64,000 nt of DNA from Camelus dromedarius. Lineage: Eukaryota. Under the pieces are notes generated by a model. That model was not told the DNA's origin, made no database searches, and saw only the letters and a program-made list of their open reading frames with translations. The position numbers and the translations under genes were made by a program. Location of the stretch: positions 75,146,001 to 75,210,000 of the forward strand of contig NC_087437.1 of NCBI RefSeq assembly GCF_036321535.1, given 5' to 3'. Positions 26,455 to 39,784 of the stretch are shown one piece after another. Each line of letters begins with the position of its first letter. Position 1 is the first letter of the stretch.

Positions 26455-26594
26455 CTGGTCTGCTGTGGAAAGGCAGTTTTCAGCCTCTCTGTAATCTTCT
26501 CCCAGTTCCTCATGGGGAGATCACTTCCCAGACCTGTGCTGGGAGGCACAGCTTCTCCCACAGGTGCTGGCACTGTCCAGGCTATGCCAGCCAC
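26455..26594 (-). CDS. DZIP3: DZIP3 coding exon (140 nt; VAGIAWTVPAPVGEAVPP...NWEKITERLKTAFPQQT)
   Basis: ctgcag|GTG...CAG|gtacct. Lies within ORF-track entry 26436..26654. Confidence 0.95.
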
Positions 26595-27925
26595 CTGCAG
26601 GGAGCACAGAGTTATAAACCCATCAGTTTCGATTATTAGTATGCAAAGTTCCATGCCAACAGGACATTTCTATACCTCAGAAAATGGGTAGAATGAAGAA
26701 AAGAAATATTGACATACACGCTCCCTTTTTTTCCTTTAACCAGCACAACAATATTTCTAATTGTTAATATTACCCTTATTTTTTAAATGGCACATGCTAT
26801 TCTCAGTAACTGCAAACAGAATTACATACAGAGTGTGTATTTCTGAAAGCAGCCTAAAGTTTGGAATGCTAATAAATTATGGCATTTCTACTTAAGTCCA
26901 TAAAAATAGATCTGTATGTCTGAGCATAAGAGATGTTCAGGAAATATGTCTCCTAAAAAGATTGGCATAGAATTTATGGCAGAACTCATTTTATATTAAG
27001 AACATTTTTAAAATGTGCATGCACAGAAAAAGGTCTGTAAGCTATAAAATAATTTGTAAATGGGAATTATTTTCTAAGATTTAATAGGTAATTTTGCTTT
27101 CTACTTCATATTATTTATTATATATTTTGTGTATTCTGTATTTGCTTTTTTATGATTAGCATATACTACTGTTATAATTAGAAAAATAAACATTAATTTT
27201 CAAACAATGAAATAAAGATGAAAATACAACTAGAATGGCCAGTGTGTCACGAATGTTATAAAGGTGGTATGGAGGTTGTAGTCACAACTTTGAGCCATGA
27301 AACCATCAAATGGTTTTCCCCAAAGTTTCCCCCATATTTTGTGATATTTCCTTCTTAGAACCATTAGGATGTTAATTAATATCAATAAGTGAATACTTTT
27401 GAAGTGCTTGTCTGATTACTACATGGAATCTTTTACCTAAGACTCTACAAATTATTTTCAATATATTTTCAAATATAAGGTTATTACTCATGAAAAATTA
27501 GCAATTATTAACAGCCACTGAAATTACTCACACAAAGCTTAGTAAATCAGAGAAAGAACAGAATATCCCCAGAAATCTGGGTTTGTCTCAGTGTCAGGCT
27601 TTTTCAGAGGAATCAGAAAGTAATCTTACTAGAAGGTTGAGGTACTGTAATGTTTTCAGTAAAATTTTGTAGCTCCTCATAGAGTGGTGCAGAAGCAAAC
27701 CACATGAGCAACACTGTGATATCATGGTGATAAAAAGATGTACTTAATAAGCATGTTAAGGCCTATGTACATATTTCTTTGCAGAGAGACAGCCTCCACA
27801 CAAATAACCATTACCTTCTTCATTATTTATCAAATAAATGAATAAAGACAAGACAGTCACTCTGAAAGTCCACTGTTGTGACAAAGAACTAGTCAATGTC
27901 TACTCCACCAAGAAGAGCTCTGTAC

Positions 27926-28051
27926 CAGGGGGGGTCTAGATTGACCAGGTGCAGAGACGACTCCAGAACAAATGGCAGGCATTTGAGGAACAGTGAGCAG
28001 GGGTCTAAAGAAAGATTCTTTCACAAGGGGTCTTCCCAGGAACTGCTGCAT
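27926..28051 (-). CDS. DZIP3: DZIP3 coding exon (126 nt; MQQFLGRPLVKESFFRPLLTVPQMPAICSGVVSAPGQSRPPL)
   Basis: ttttag|ATG...CTG|gtacag. Matches DZIP3. Confidence 0.93.
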
Positions 28052-28779
28052 CTAAAATAGAAAAGATAAGAAATAAAAACAAAACCCCCACATATTTATA
28101 TAGGCAATGATCTAAAGATTCATAGAGCAATGTTTGGGGGAAAACTGATTTGCAATCTAGAAACAAAGCACATTAGAAACAATGTTGTCTTAACATTAGT
28201 TAAATACACAAATAATTGAAAAAGCAAAAGGCAGTAAAATATACTAAACAGCACTGAGAGAGAGAAGAGAAGTCGGTTCTGGTCCTACCTTCTCTCCACC
28301 TAGCTGGGTAACCTTGGATGCCAAGTTATTAATCTATAAAATAAGAAGGTCGAGTAGGTGACCTTTAAGGTTCTCTGCCAACTGGAATAATACAGGACTA
28401 TGCAAAGGAGCTCCTCAATGAGTGCTGTCCATGCTGATAAATAATACTCACATTCAAATTCCACTACAGAATCAAAGCTGTCTATAAACCTCATGTTTAG
28501 CTCCAAGGACAGTAGAAAGCTGAAGTGGGGTGGGCCTGGGGAATAAACTCTCCTACAGTGACTTGTAGACATGCCTGTGGGTGTTACTGCACTTCCTAGG
28601 GGGTTGTAGAAAGCTAGCCCTTCTTAGCATCTACCAATGGGATGGAAACCATATTGGTATCTACAGGATACTGGACTTAAAAAAAGGACAGGTTTATTGA
28701 GCATCTACTAGGGGAAAGGTCTAGCACTGCCATAAAGCAGAAGTTCAACTATTCTTTAAATTAAAAAAATGAACATCAA

Positions 28780-29590
28780 TGTAGCTCTTAAGTAATGATC
28801 CTGAAACCAGCTGTGTGAAACTTAATGGGGGGAACTTTATAATGGAGAGATCAGTATGATATTCAATTCTTAACATCACTAAAGGAGACATTGTGTGTCT
28901 TCTAGTGTGTATCTACATCATCACCTATAAAGTACTCTTGACAAAAATACTGAACCTAATTCTAACCAACCCTCTAGATCTATTGATTAGTTTATAGAAA
29001 GTAACAGAATATGTATAATGACATCACAAGGATGTAATCAGTTGAATCAATAATGTGGGAAATTAGTTTTTTTACAAATAAATAACATGAATAAAAGGGA
29101 GGAGTTGGGTAGCTGTTACAAATTTAAAGGAAAATAATCAGCCAAATGCAAAGTATAAACCTTGTTTGGGTTTTTTTTAAAAAAATAAGGGTTTTAAAGG
29201 TAATGATAATCATAACCAAATTGGAAATATTATCAAGCCAGTTAAGAAAAAGACATTTTGGAAACAATTGGGGAAATATAAATTTTAATATGAGATACTA
29301 AAAATTATTTATAATTTTCTTACAGAGGAAAATGGTGTGTGTTATAGCCATTAAGAGTCCTCATCTGTTAGGAATACATATTGAAGTACAAATAGATGAG
29401 ACTATAATATATAGGGTTTACTTTAAAATATGCCAGTAGAGAGGAAGAAGGGGATGACAGGAAACAAGACTGACAAAATGTTGATAATGATGTTGAAGCT
29501 GGCTCTTGGGTTCAAAGAGGTTCATTATCTATTCTATTTTTATGTATGTTTCAAATTTTTCATAGTATAAAGTTTTAAAATAATGAATGA
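28780..29590 (+). mobile_element. Old L1MC-type 3' end
   Basis: 'ggcaaaatgttgataat..ttgaagctgg..ggttcattat..attctatttt..tttcaaatttttcata' pattern. Confidence 0.7.
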
Positions 29591-30620
29591 ATGGTGGGTA
29601 CTAAGTCAGTAGTCCTTTTTGAGAACAATGAATACCTAACACTACTTTGGGGATTAGATAGATCAGGGTACAAAAATGAAAATATAATGAAACACATAAA
29701 AATACTGGGTTACATTGGAAACAGAATCCATTATCCCAGACTTCTCAGGTTAGACTATTATATTTATTTAAAGACTGGTGGCCATTCCTTACACTACCAG
29801 AATCAGAGAGACAGATTTTAGTGATCAAGTCATCTAGTACAATTTCCTGATTTGCAGACGAAAAAAAAAAAAAGTCCAGGATAGCTGATTTTCCTAAAAC
29901 CAACACAGTTCTTCACAGAGTTAGAAACTGAACCCAGATCTCTGGTGTATTTCCAATGTATAATACCACCTCAGTTTATAGCAAAAAACACAGTCATATT
30001 TCTGTGCTTTCAAAGTGTTCCACTGCTCAATGGTCACTTTAACACGACTGTCAGCTTTGATCGAGCACAGCAGTGACTCTGGTTAGGAAGCACAAAAGAT
30101 ACACATGTACCCCTCAGATGTTAGCAGATGGATGTTTATGAATTCCATTGAGCCTAACTGCCAGTAGGTTTCTGCCCTGGGTGGCAACATCAGACATAAG
30201 CAAGACTCTGAAGGGATGAGGATGTAGAGGTCAAGGTTTGACTATGTTTGTCAGCTAGAGAGTGTCACTGGTTTCAGGTAGCACATGCTGGTCTGGTTCC
30301 AGGAAATTCCAAAGAACAACTCTGTATCTAGCTTCCAAGTCTCTGAAGCCATTTTATATTTAAAGTGATGGGTGACTTTAACTACAACCTATAGGCAGTA
30401 GTTTAAATATAGGGAGAAGGCAACAGGGTTTCTAGGAATCCTACCAAGAATATGTGTTACTTCCTGTAGAACTACAGGAAATCTGGGATTTCATTTCTGT
30501 CATCTACATAACACATCCCTTATCAGGGTAGTTGGGTATGATGGTGTTCAAAGTCTAGAACAATAATGCTATAACACGATGCTCCTATAGAAACTAAATT
30601 AACCAAAAATATAAAAGGCA

Positions 30621-30876
30621 CTTGACATTTCCAAAGGTTAATTACTATATATAACAATAGATTAAAAAAACCAAATTTCTTCTGTATAGCACAGGGAACT
30701 ATAACAAATATCCTGTAATAACCTTTAATGAGAAAGAATATGAAAACAAATATATGTATATATATGCATGACTGGGACACTATGCTGTACACCAGAAATT
30801 GACACATTTTAACTGACTATATTTCAATTAAAAAAAAGTCAATCCATAGTGTGAGGTTAAAAAAAAATATATATAT
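30621..30876 (+). mobile_element. Short 5'-truncated L1 with double A-tail
   Basis: L1 3' UTR. Target-site duplication atataaaaggca / atataaaaaggca. Confidence 0.85.
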
Positions 30877-31422
30877 ATATAAAAAGGCAATACTGTCATT
30901 CTAAACTAAAGCCCGTGGTACATATCATATAATGCTTTCAGCTCTGGATTCTGTTTTTGAAACACAGTATAGCTCCACACAACTCACATAATTTTAAAGT
31001 TCCTTGATACACTCAACTAGTATTTGTAGAAATAACATTTTCAAAGTTCTACTACAAGCAGAAATGCTGATGTCAAAAGTGATCTACTGCTAAATGTATC
31101 ACACCTTTATTCTTTTCTTACCTGAGATCTGTTATCATAATAAAAATAATCACCTAGTGATTCTGTCCTAGAAGGTCTTTTAGAAAGCTGCATGAGTTTA
31201 CTGGAAGGTTAACATAAATAGTATAGCACAAAGATTAGTTTGTCTGATTGAGGCTCATTTATCCCTAACAACAAGTAGGGAAGGGACATAAATGGAAGTT
31301 GTCCTTACTGTTAAAGTTAAGGAAAAGAAAGTCTAAGGAAAAGAAAAGTTAAGGAACAGAAAGTCTAAAATGTAAGTGGAAGGGTGGAGTCCAGCCTGCT
31401 AGGGTACTACACTGAGATGTGT

Positions 31423-31440
31423 CAGCCATCTAGTGGTAAC
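31423..31440 (-). promoter_or_regulatory. CTCF-like motif CCACTAGATGGC
   Basis: Matches core consensus CCASYAGRKGGC. Confidence 0.5.
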
Positions 31441-31764
31441 TTGAGGGCATTGGGAATTCTGAGCATTCACCAGTTTTCTCACACAATGTTAATGAGATTG
31501 ACAGGTTAAATGAGAACACATTACGTCTTTAGATATCAAATACATTACTAAAATCCAGTGACACAACCTATCTCTTGGCCTCAGCTGAGCCAGCCAACTA
31601 GTCATATCATCTGTAGATGAGATAGCAGGAATGGTCATAATTATAAATGATATGTACAACATGTGCCCATTCTGCTTTGAATACACATTAAACATACTGC
31701 ATATTCAATGTTTTACAGCTCATACCATTTATCAAGACAAAGATGGCAATTTTTCAAAATGTTC

Positions 31765-32090
31765 AAGTTGACCCTTGAACAACATAGGTTTGAACTGCAT
31801 GGGTCCACTTGGATACTGACTTTTTTCAATAAATATCATCCCTGTAATTTCATTTTACAGATCTTTAACTAAATGTAGAGAAAAGTTTGCATTTGATTAG
31901 AAATCACAATATGTGGAATCAAAAGATCTAGGGTCTGAGTTCTGATTCTAGCCAAACTGCTTCAGCTTCCTGCCTTTGGTAGTCATTTATCAATTCCTTT
32001 GTTTTTGAGGCAGAGAGAGCTGTATCCGAATTTCCTAACTTCATGGTGGGGTCAGCACCCCCAACTTCTGTGCTGTTCAAAGGTCAACTG
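31765..32090. mobile_element. Tigger2-type MITE (TcMar)
   Basis: Terminal inverted repeats AGTTGACCCTTGAACA / TGTTCAAAGGTCAACTG followed by TA. Confidence 0.85.
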
Positions 32091-32100
32091 TATTTCTTAC

Positions 32101-32202
32101 CAGTATCTCAGGACTGGGTGGTGGTGGAGGAAGCTGGATTGGAGGCAAAGTACTCAAGGCAAACCCTTGCTTCACCTTGTTAATTTGTTCATTGTACTGT
32201 GT
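32101..32202 (-). CDS. DZIP3: DZIP3 coding exon (102 nt; TQYNEQINKVKQGFALSTLPPIQLPPPPPSPEIL)
   Basis: actag|ACA...CTG|gtaaga. Proline-rich segment, matches DZIP3. Confidence 0.95.
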
Positions 32203-32682
32203 CTAGTAAAAGAAGAGAAACAATATTTCACAGCAAAATCAACTTCAAAGAAACAGCATATTGAAATAGTTGATGTAATTTTGAATAATACAGCATAGAA
32301 CAGTGATTCCCAATCTATATCAGAAATAATATAAAAATAATTTTTAACATAAAAACAATTCTTTAGACCACTACCTGCAAATTTAAATAGTTATATCTTA
32401 AGATTTCTGTTGATTGAGAAGATACAGAGACACAGAATTCACAGATCTTTGTGATAATTTCTCAGTGTTTCCATAATTTTCAGCCCCCAAATGGGAACCA
32501 CTGATATAAAGTGAATAGAGTCAAAAGATCAACAAGTTGTAAATAATATACTAGCTGATAAATATGGGGGGAAAAGCATTTGTAACAAAGAGTTGAACTA
32601 CTTGCAAATGTTCATTTTAAAAACTGGAGGGAATACTTATTTAATGTCCATATTTTTTTAACCTCAAAAGTTATACTTCTAG

Positions 32683-32819
32683 GGCGTAAGGTATAGCTCG
32701 GTGGCCAAGTGCATGCTTAGCATGCACAAGGTCCTCAGTTCAATCTCCAGCACCTCAATTAAAAAAATAATAAACAAACAAACAAACCAATTACCTCCCC
32801 TCACAAAAGAATTTTTTTT
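32683..32819 (+). mobile_element. tRNA-derived SINE (camelid vic-1-like)
   Basis: A/B-box-like 'tatagctcggtgg..gttcaatctcc', A-rich tail, target-site duplication aaagttatacYtctag. Confidence 0.85.
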
Positions 32820-33270
32820 AAAGTTATACCTCTAGCTTTCTCCAGTTCCATATACACCTTTTTTTTTTTCTCCTGGATTTTGCTAAAAGTAAGACTCCAA
32901 TCCCTGAGGCTTAAAAATATACTTTTAACATTTTTTGGCATTGTCCCCATTTTGTAAACAACCCACGAGAGCTGGAAAAAAAGCCTTAAGAAACAAAACA
33001 TTTAGAAACTTCCATACACAGAGACAAGTGCTTAGAAGAAAACAATGATAGAGAACAAGAGGCAGCTCTTTTGAGGCTAGAACTTTGAATAAACCCAACA
33101 AAAACGCTAAGCATCATTATAGACTAAGTAAGAAAGTCCAGGAGAGAAACAGTCAAGACCATCAAGGACAAAGCTAGACAAGTAGGTAGTGCTTTGAGGC
33201 AGCTCTTTATAACTGAATGTCATTGTTTTGCTGGCAGTGCTGTGGAATCACAAAACAATCAACATTATAT

Positions 33271-33576
33271 GAACTTATCTACAAAACAAATACACTCACA
33301 GACACAGTAAACAAACCTATGGTTATCGGGGCAAAATGGGTGGAAAGGGCTAAATTGGGAGTTTGAGAGTTGATAATATTAACTACTATATATAAAATAG
33401 ATTAAAAAACAAATTTCTTCTGTACAGCACAGGGAACTATGTTCAATATCTTGTAGTAATCTATAAGGAGAAAATATGAAAACAAATATCTACATGTATA
33501 TGTAGGACTGAAACATTATGCTGTACACAAGAAACTGACACATTGTAACTGACTATACTTCAATAAATTAAAAAAA
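33271..33576 (+). mobile_element. Short 5'-truncated L1
   Basis: L1 3' UTR, AATAAA plus A-tail, 14-bp target-site duplication aatcaacattatat. Confidence 0.92.
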
Positions 33577-34145
33577 AATCAACATTATATATCAACTTTA
33601 AGATACAAATACAAAAATATTCTAAAACCAAATGAATAAATTAATATTCAGTGGGTTACCTCTTTAGATTACCTTTAGCACAGTCTTAATTCTATTACAT
33701 GAATAATTAAGACTTCATTATTTTGCATCATGGAGTAATTACATAAAAAAGTTAATACTGGAAACTAATACAGGCCTGACTGATCTTCCTTTTAATTCTT
33801 TAAACACATAATGACTCAGATCAAGTTAAGACATTTATTTCTGGCTGGAGGAGAGTTAGCTTTGGAATTCTAGGACAATTAAGTGTGAGGCACAATTTTT
33901 GAGTTTACCATTTACTATACCAAGGACCTAAAGGTCCATCTATAAGAGTCTAGGATGCTAGCTACAACCAACTATATGGAAGTAATCTCAAACCTCAAAA
34001 AGGCATAAACTTTAATAACTGCAATGAAAAAGCATGTTCTTCTGTAAATTTCTCTAGTAATTGTTTTTAATGTCAGATGTTTTCTTTAAGTATATATCAC
34101 CTTTACCATTCAGTCTATTTACTCTAAATACATTTCATGACTTAC

Positions 34146-34233
34146 CCTGAGGAATGCAATCTTGTTTCTAACATCTGTCACAATGGCATTCCAACTGTCT
34201 ACTGCAGCCTTTAACTGAAGTGATTCTACGTTG
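34146..34233 (-). CDS. DZIP3: DZIP3 coding exon (88 nt; NVESLQLKAAVDSWNAIVTDVRNKIAFLR)
   Basis: cccag|CAA...AGG|gtaagt. Matches DZIP3. Confidence 0.95.
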
Positions 34234-35768
34234 CTGGGGTAGAAATGGAGACACAAGAAAAAGTTTTTTCTTTTTATATACCACTTAGGTTTCCAAAATT
34301 CCCATTATGTTCTTTAGCATATATGTAAATAAAGTAAAACAACAACAAAATTACTTTCATCACTGATTAACTCAAATGGGCACAAAGTTGTATGGAAGAG
34401 CTTGCTATTAAAAATAAAGACCAGGAGACAAAGATAACATTTATTTTTTTTCAAGAGCAAATATAACTTCTGCTTCCAGACATTAAGTTTCTTTTCTAAC
34501 TTGGCAATATTTTTAGGACATTTTATAAAACCTTTCTACAGGAATGCCTCCATTGAAGAAGGGTGGCAGAGAAGGCCAAACAGGGAAATTGCCCTAGCCA
34601 TCCAATGCAGGAGAATTCTCAAAGATGTTGACTCATTTTGGAAGCAGGTTTTGGACCATCTTCACACTAACCCTAATATCACAGGGCCATGGCTGGCCTA
34701 GCAGGCTCTTTTGCAAATTAGAAAAAGATATTCCCTATAATTAAATCAGAGAGAAGTACCTCTTCTGTGAGGATGAATTAGATTGTTGTCTCTATGCAAT
34801 GCATAAACTGCACAAACACAGCAGCTCTGCCAACCATGCCTACCAAATGACTTATGTAAAACAGCTTTGAAGTGTTTAGTGCCTGGCATCTCTAGTAGAG
34901 AGATTTCAAACGGCCTTTCAAAAGGCTCTATCTGTTATAACATCCCCACTCCAGTATCACCCAGCACAACTGCTTTAAAAGAGCATAAGAAATTATCCCT
35001 GAAATCATCTCTTACAAAGAGGCTTGATAATAGTCTAATTTAGAGAGCATCATTTCTCGCAAGCAAAGATAGACTTACAACAGTGTTTCCCCGACCTGAA
35101 TACACATTGGTATATCTTGGAAGTCCTGCTAAACATCAGAGATTCTGATTCATTAGAATTGAAGAATAATGGTAATCATATTAAGATGAGAATCATCAAA
35201 AAATATTGATGCTTTGGTACCAGAGATTCTAATTTAATTAATTCTCTAAATTTGAAGATGTGCCTCACAAACTTATAAATTAAAAAAAAAAATCTCATGC
35301 AACTTGCCTAATATTTGAAAATCACTCATCTGTTACACAGCAGGAAACTGCCTTTAACACAATTTTAGGTGTTAATATTGATTTTTCCCTCAGTGTGCTC
35401 CAAAGGTACTTAAAATCAAGCACTGGGAGAGAAAAGAATCAGAAAAAAGTTTTCAAATTAGAATCCACCTTGTTTTGTAAATATTTGGTCTTCATGCAGA
35501 TTTGAGACTTCTGATCTATTTCATTGTGGAGGAAAGGAAAAATCTGTCAGCAGCCATTACTGCACTTAGTAGACTTCTCAGTGCTGCAGCAGAAGCAGCA
35601 AAATAGAAGCTCAAAGTGACTAAATGACTTCTGAGGTTTAAAAAAACAATGGCTTATTTACTCCAAAGATGTCATATATGTAAAACATATTACAGATTAC
35701 ATTCAACCTTGGAGCCACTTGTGAGTACCTCTGGGGTCAAGACACATTAAGGAAGAGGGAAAGGTTAC

Positions 35769-35872
35769 CTTGCTGCCATGTTCGTCACCCTGGCAAGCTG
35801 ACTGAGGCATTCCTTTTCAGTCTGTTCTAGATGAAGCAAACCAAAATCTCTACGACACTGTAAGAAATACAC
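35769..35872 (-). CDS. DZIP3: DZIP3 coding exon (104 nt; VYFLQCRRDFGLLHLEQTEKECLSQLARVTNMAA)
   Basis: tgtag|GTG...AAG|gtaac. Matches DZIP3. Confidence 0.95.
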
Positions 35873-36033
35873 CTACAGGTTTTTGAGAGAAAGAGAAAGA
35901 AGTTAAAGGTGTCCTTGTAAATGAACACATTTTTTTCTCAATCATTTCAAATAAATTTAAAGCTATTTTTTCAATCTGTTTCAACAGCACCTGAGCTTCT
36001 TTCCTGCCCATAATACATTTTAAAGCTCTTTGA

Positions 36034-37314
36034 ACCCACACACCTACAATCAATTAATCTTCAACAAAGGAGGCAAGAATACACAATGAAGAAAAGACAG
36101 TCTCTTCAGCAAGTGGTGTTGAGAAGGCTGGACAACCACAAGCAGATCAGTGAAGTTAGAACACTTCCTCACAAAATACACAAAAATAAACTCAAAATGG
36201 CTTAAAGACTTATATATAAGACATGACACCATAAACTCCTAAAAGAGAACATAGGCAAAACATTCTCTGACAAAAACTGTAGCAATGTTTTTCTTAGGTC
36301 AGTCTCCCAAGGCAATAGAAATAAAAGCAAAAATAAACAAATGGGACCTAATCAAAATTATAAGCTTTTGCACAGTGAAGGGAACCATAAACAAAACAAA
36401 AAGACAACCTACGAACTGGGAGAAAATATTTGCAAATGATGCAACTGACAAAGGCTCAATTTCCAAAATACACAAAGGGCTCATACAACTCAGTAACAAA
36501 AGAACAAACAACCTAATCCAAAAATGGGCAGAAGACTTAAATAGACACTTCTCCAAAGACATACAGAAGGCCAACAGGCACATGAAAAGATGCTCAGCAT
36601 TGCTGATTATCAGAGAAATGCAAATCAAAACTACAATGAGGTATCACCTCACATTGGTCAGAATGGTCATCATTAAAAAGTCTACAAATAATAAATGTTG
36701 GAGAGGGTATGGAAAAAAGGGAAGCCTCCTACACTGTTGGTAGGAATGTGAATTGGTGCAGCCACTATGGAAAACAGTACAGAGGCTCCTTAAAAAACTA
36801 AAAATAGAGTTGCCATATGATCCAGCAATCCCACTCCTGGGCAAATACCTGGAGAAAACTCTAATTTGAAAAGACACATGCACCCCAATGTTCACAGCAG
36901 CACTATTTACAAAAGCCAAGGCATGAAAACAACCTAAATGTCCATCAATAGATGAATAGATAAAGATGATGTGGCTTACATATGCAATGGATACTACTCA
37001 GCCGTAAGAAAGAATGAAATAATGCCATTTGCAGCAACATGGATGAACCTAGAGAATACCATACTAAGTGAAGTAAGTTAGACAAAGACACACATATGAT
37101 ATCACTCATATGTGGAATCTAAAATACAAATGAACTTATTTACAAAACAGAAACAGACTCAGGGACACCAAAAACAAACTTATGTTTACCAAAGGGGAAA
37201 GGGGATTGGGGAGGGATAAGTTAGGAGTTTTGGATTAGCAGACATAAACTACTATATATAAAATAGATAAACAACAAGGTCCTACTGTATCACATAGTAA
37301 AAAAATATTTTTAA
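36034..37314 (+). mobile_element. 5'-truncated L1 with shortened 3' UTR
   Basis: ORF2 C-terminal remnant (ORF 36285..36743). Target-site duplication aaagctctttga / aaagctatttga. Confidence 0.9.
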
Positions 37315-38646
37315 AAAGCTATTTGATCAACCCTGAAATTCTAATATTTTTATTCAAAAGTTACTGGGATTGTAAACATTTTAGAACATCATTTTTCAAG
37401 CTTGCACATGCACTGGAATCATCTCAGAAATTTTAAAAAATGATGTTTTGGTTCCAGAGATTCTAATTTAATTGATACTAAGTGCAGCCTAGGAAATGGG
37501 GTTTTAAAAAACTCTCAGATGACTCTATTACACAGCAAAGTTTAAGAACATTCAAAACAACTCCTGCTATTTGATTGTATTCAACTGATGAAGGGGTAAG
37601 AAAATAATCAGATCATACAGAACTATGCCATCCAAATAGACCTGGGAGGTGATCTAGTCCAAAGTCTCTCTCTCAGTGGGAATCCCTTCCACACTATTAT
37701 TGATTCATGGTCATATAGCCTCTGTTTTTTTCCCCTAATGATCACTCAGTATTCACTGATAATAGTTTATTATACTCTTGGATAGCATTAAGTGTTTCTA
37801 AAATTAATAATGGAAGTAGAAAGGAATTTTCTGATTAAAAGCAGTGAAAAACAAAGTCTACAAATTTGAGCTCTTAAAATAATCCGAGTGTTTTTTTCCA
37901 GTTAAATTTAGTACTCTAATACTTTACTCTCCTGAAATTTTAGGTGCAGATATCACCCCTTGATTGTTAAGCTCTGAATTCCAGAGTACTCTGCTAAAAA
38001 ATAGAGCCTGCCCAGGACAGAGATGGGAAGGTTTATAATGCTTTTAATGTTAACAAGCTCTCCAAAAATTTGAATTTTATTGTATATCAAGTTTTGTTAT
38101 CTATAAAAATACATACAATCACATTTCTTTTGAGAGATCCTAGCTGTGGTCTTTTAAGATAGCTTTGAAGAAATGGCATGACTTTTTGGGGATCTAGAGG
38201 TAAGTTGGTTTTTGACATTGGAGTGTATAGTGTGTATGTGTTTTTGGAAGATCTATGTAGGAAACAGCAAAGAAAGGAGATATGACAGCAGTGAAATGTT
38301 AATCTTAGAAGTTTGGCTTAGTGACCTGGTTTAACAAGAATTTCCCCAAGATCTCTATATTTGCTATACACACTGATACAAACTATTTCTTGCAGGCATT
38401 TGAGAGAAAACAACGTAGGATCATCAACCTTCAAGCAGACATATAAAATGTCAATTAATCAAAAAAAAAAAAAACACACACACACAAGAGCTTGAGCTGT
38501 GTTTTTCTGCTGTTCCTAAGATGTCTTAATTCTGTTCATTCAAAAAACAATCTTTTTTCAATTCTTTATTTTTCCTTTTTCTTTTTACCAGTACACAAGT
38601 AAAACTTCCCTCCCCAACCCCATCTCTCTCTCTCTCTTTTTTTTAC

Positions 38647-38743
38647 CTCAGCTGTTAAAGCTCTGCTAGTTTCTGCATTCAGTTTGTTTAAGTATGTTTT
38701 AATTGTACTTTCCAGATTATGCTTCTCCATTTCCCACTGAGAT
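38647..38743 (-). CDS. DZIP3: DZIP3 coding exon (97 nt; SQWEMEKHNLESTIKTYLNKLNAETSRALTAE)
   Basis: ttcag|ATC...GAG|gtaaa. Lies within ORF-track entry 38566..38760. Confidence 0.95.
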
Positions 38744-38929
38744 CTGAAATATATGATCATTAAATAGTCAGTAACATTGCAGCAAGGACAGACTTTCCCA
38801 CCTTATTCAGGAGGAAGACAGATACAAGCTATTCAGTGAGTAGGAAACGATTTCTGGGAAAAGTATACAGCATATAAAAGCAAGAGAAGACATTACTTAA
38901 CTCTTACTGTTATCCTTTATTATCAAGAG

Positions 38930-39200
38930 AGGAGGTGGTTTAAAGTTGTCAATATGATTATGCTTTAAAACTTGGCTCTGCAATCAAGTTGTCTGAGGAC
39001 AAATCTGAGCTCCACAACTTTTAAAATGTGAAACCATGGGCAAATTACTTCTCTATACCTCAGTTTCCTCACATATAAAAATGGAGAGAATTATATTACT
39101 TACCTCAAAAAGTTGTGAAAATTCAGTCAGATAATATACACAAAGTACTTTGTGTGTGACACATATTAAGTACTAAATAAATGTTAGCTATTATCATTAT
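38930..39200 (+). mobile_element. MIR SINE relic
   Basis: Core 'catgggcaaattactt..cctcagtttcctca..taaaaatgg' and end 'taaatgttagctatt'. Confidence 0.75.
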
Positions 39201-39784
39201 CAATAAATTTTACATAAGTAAAATTTCTACAAGCCTTTTTGTATCCTAACAATAGTAACCCCAAAAGTTTTTATTATCCCTATCATAAAGCTAAGTCACT
39301 GAATTAAAATATTTTACTGGTTATCTCAGTGCTCACATTCAATACCTTAAAATGAAAACAATTCCTATACCTTCAGAAGGAGAATGGGAGATGATGATAA
39401 GGATGTTATTTATGAAGGACATTATGGAAAATGACTACCCATGAGGCTTCTCTTATTTCTATCCCATTTCATTTTCCTACACTTGAGCCCCAGAATGCTA
39501 GAGCATATAAACCAAATTATATCTCTACTGAAAACAATTCACTGGAAATATAACATTGTAATATTTCATGAAGGCTTTTTTCTTCAATGTTTTATCATTA
39601 GAAACATTTGGATGCTTCAGTACCTAACGAACATTGATGAGAAGCTTGATAAACAATATACTATTTATGTCATTAAGGCCAGAGTGTTTTGAAGGGGAAA
39701 AAAATCACAAAATATTCAAGGAGATATATTAAGTTAACCAAGAGGAATTATGATACCATTGAATATTGTGCAAAATTTGCCCAG

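Noticed and set aside
31314..31368. About 16-bp tandem repeat (aaggaaaagaaag..) and other small duplications (15297-15359, 12560-12600)
   Set aside because: Slippage-type low-complexity repeats with no spacer structure. Not CRISPR-like.
32683..32760. Functional tRNA gene
   Set aside because: Degenerate stems, an A-rich tail and a target-site duplication show it is a SINE. The same applies to 42586-42683.
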